Source: Mobula birostris
Lineage: Eukaryota
DNA: 64,000 nucleotides
Direction: 5' to 3'
Assembly (NCBI RefSeq): GCF_030028105.1
Contig: NC_092379.1
Location: 30,401,715-30,465,714, forward strand
A model generated the notes under the pieces. That model saw nothing but the letters and a program-made list of their open reading frames with translations, had not been told where the DNA came from and searched no databases. This document shows, piece by piece, positions 63,320 through 64,000 of the stretch; the first letter of the stretch is position 1, and the number at the start of each line of letters is the position of its first letter. A program made the translations under genes and the position numbers.

Positions 63320-64000
63320 TTCAAATATTTTTATTGTTATATCATGCAAAAGAAATAACAATAGTACATTGAAGTAACAACACTTACAATGTCTCAAAAA
63401 GGACATTATCTTAAAGATTGAAAAAAAATTGTGATAACAAAAATCCTACTAAGCAGAAAAGTGAGGGAAAAAAGACCCATTAGGTGTACAACCACGGAGC
63501 CATGCGTCATACAAAAATCTTCTAAAAATAAACATAAAACCGCCAGCAAGAAAAGAAAATATACCAAAAAAATTACAAATAGATCGTGGAAAAAAATCTA
63601 TCAATTAGCTCAGATGATAATAACGAGCAAATGAGCCCCACTTTTTTCTCAAAATCAAGCCTTTACTCTGAGAAGTAGAGAGGAATTGCAGACCATTCCA
63701 CCATCCAAAAACTCTATTTTGATCTCCCGCCCTGATATGTGCCTCTTGAGCAAAATTATTTCAGGTTGGAATCGGTTAATAATTTTAAAAGTCTTTTTTC
63801 GTTTAATAGGATGATTTCAACAACGTACATTCCAACTTATCATATTAATCTGTTTAAATACTATAATATAATTTTATTCTACTTTATACATGCGCAGAGC
63901 ACATACCAATACGGGATGATCAAAAATGGCGGTGATGAAGAGTACCACCACATTAAAAACACGCATACTCCGGAACCACCCAATGGGAAAAAACTCCTAA
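63320..64000 (-). mobile_element. Internally deleted L1 (EN start fused to ORF2 C-terminus and 3' UTR)
   Basis: Minus strand ISWNVR..NHPIKRKK (63790-63830) joins at ~63660 to FDFEKKWGSFARYYHL, the C-terminus also seen at 60194. Confidence 0.8.

Noticed and set aside
63907-63966. Signal-peptide-like ORF MRVFNVVVLFITAIF as a second leader exon
   Set aside because: The donor would be phase 0, and the downstream sequence is L1 endonuclease, not a V exon.

Overview
Eukaryotic genomic DNA from a cartilaginous fish, most likely a ray (inferred from the repeat families and the immune gene type). Most of the window is decayed transposons: Rex1/Babar, CR1, L1, HERO and Penelope retroelements, Gmr1-type and sushi-type Gypsy elements, solo LTRs and a V-SINE. 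The main biological content is one apparently intact germline NAR-TCR cassette on the minus strand (27011->23973). In order it has: a leader exon; an IgNAR-like V exon lacking CDR2 with a 22-bp-spacer RSS; one D with 12/12 RSSs; a J with a 23-bp RSS and DGAGT motif; an intron; and a leaderless supporting TCR-delta V exon with its own 23-bp RSS, spliced in frame to the J. The ORF track shows only the first V; I read the D, J, leader, second V and all RSSs by hand. The cassette lies between two direct copies of a ~9-10 kb segmental duplication (25-9265 and 28796-38835), and I recognised no other V, D, J or C segment in the window. Also present are GPR139-like receptor pseudogene pieces, older paralogous non-coding blocks, and minimal hammerhead ribozyme motifs in the Penelope repeats. 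No prokaryotic features, rRNA, tRNA genes or CRISPR arrays are supported. Repeat boundaries are approximate unless a target-site duplication (TSD) or tail is cited.
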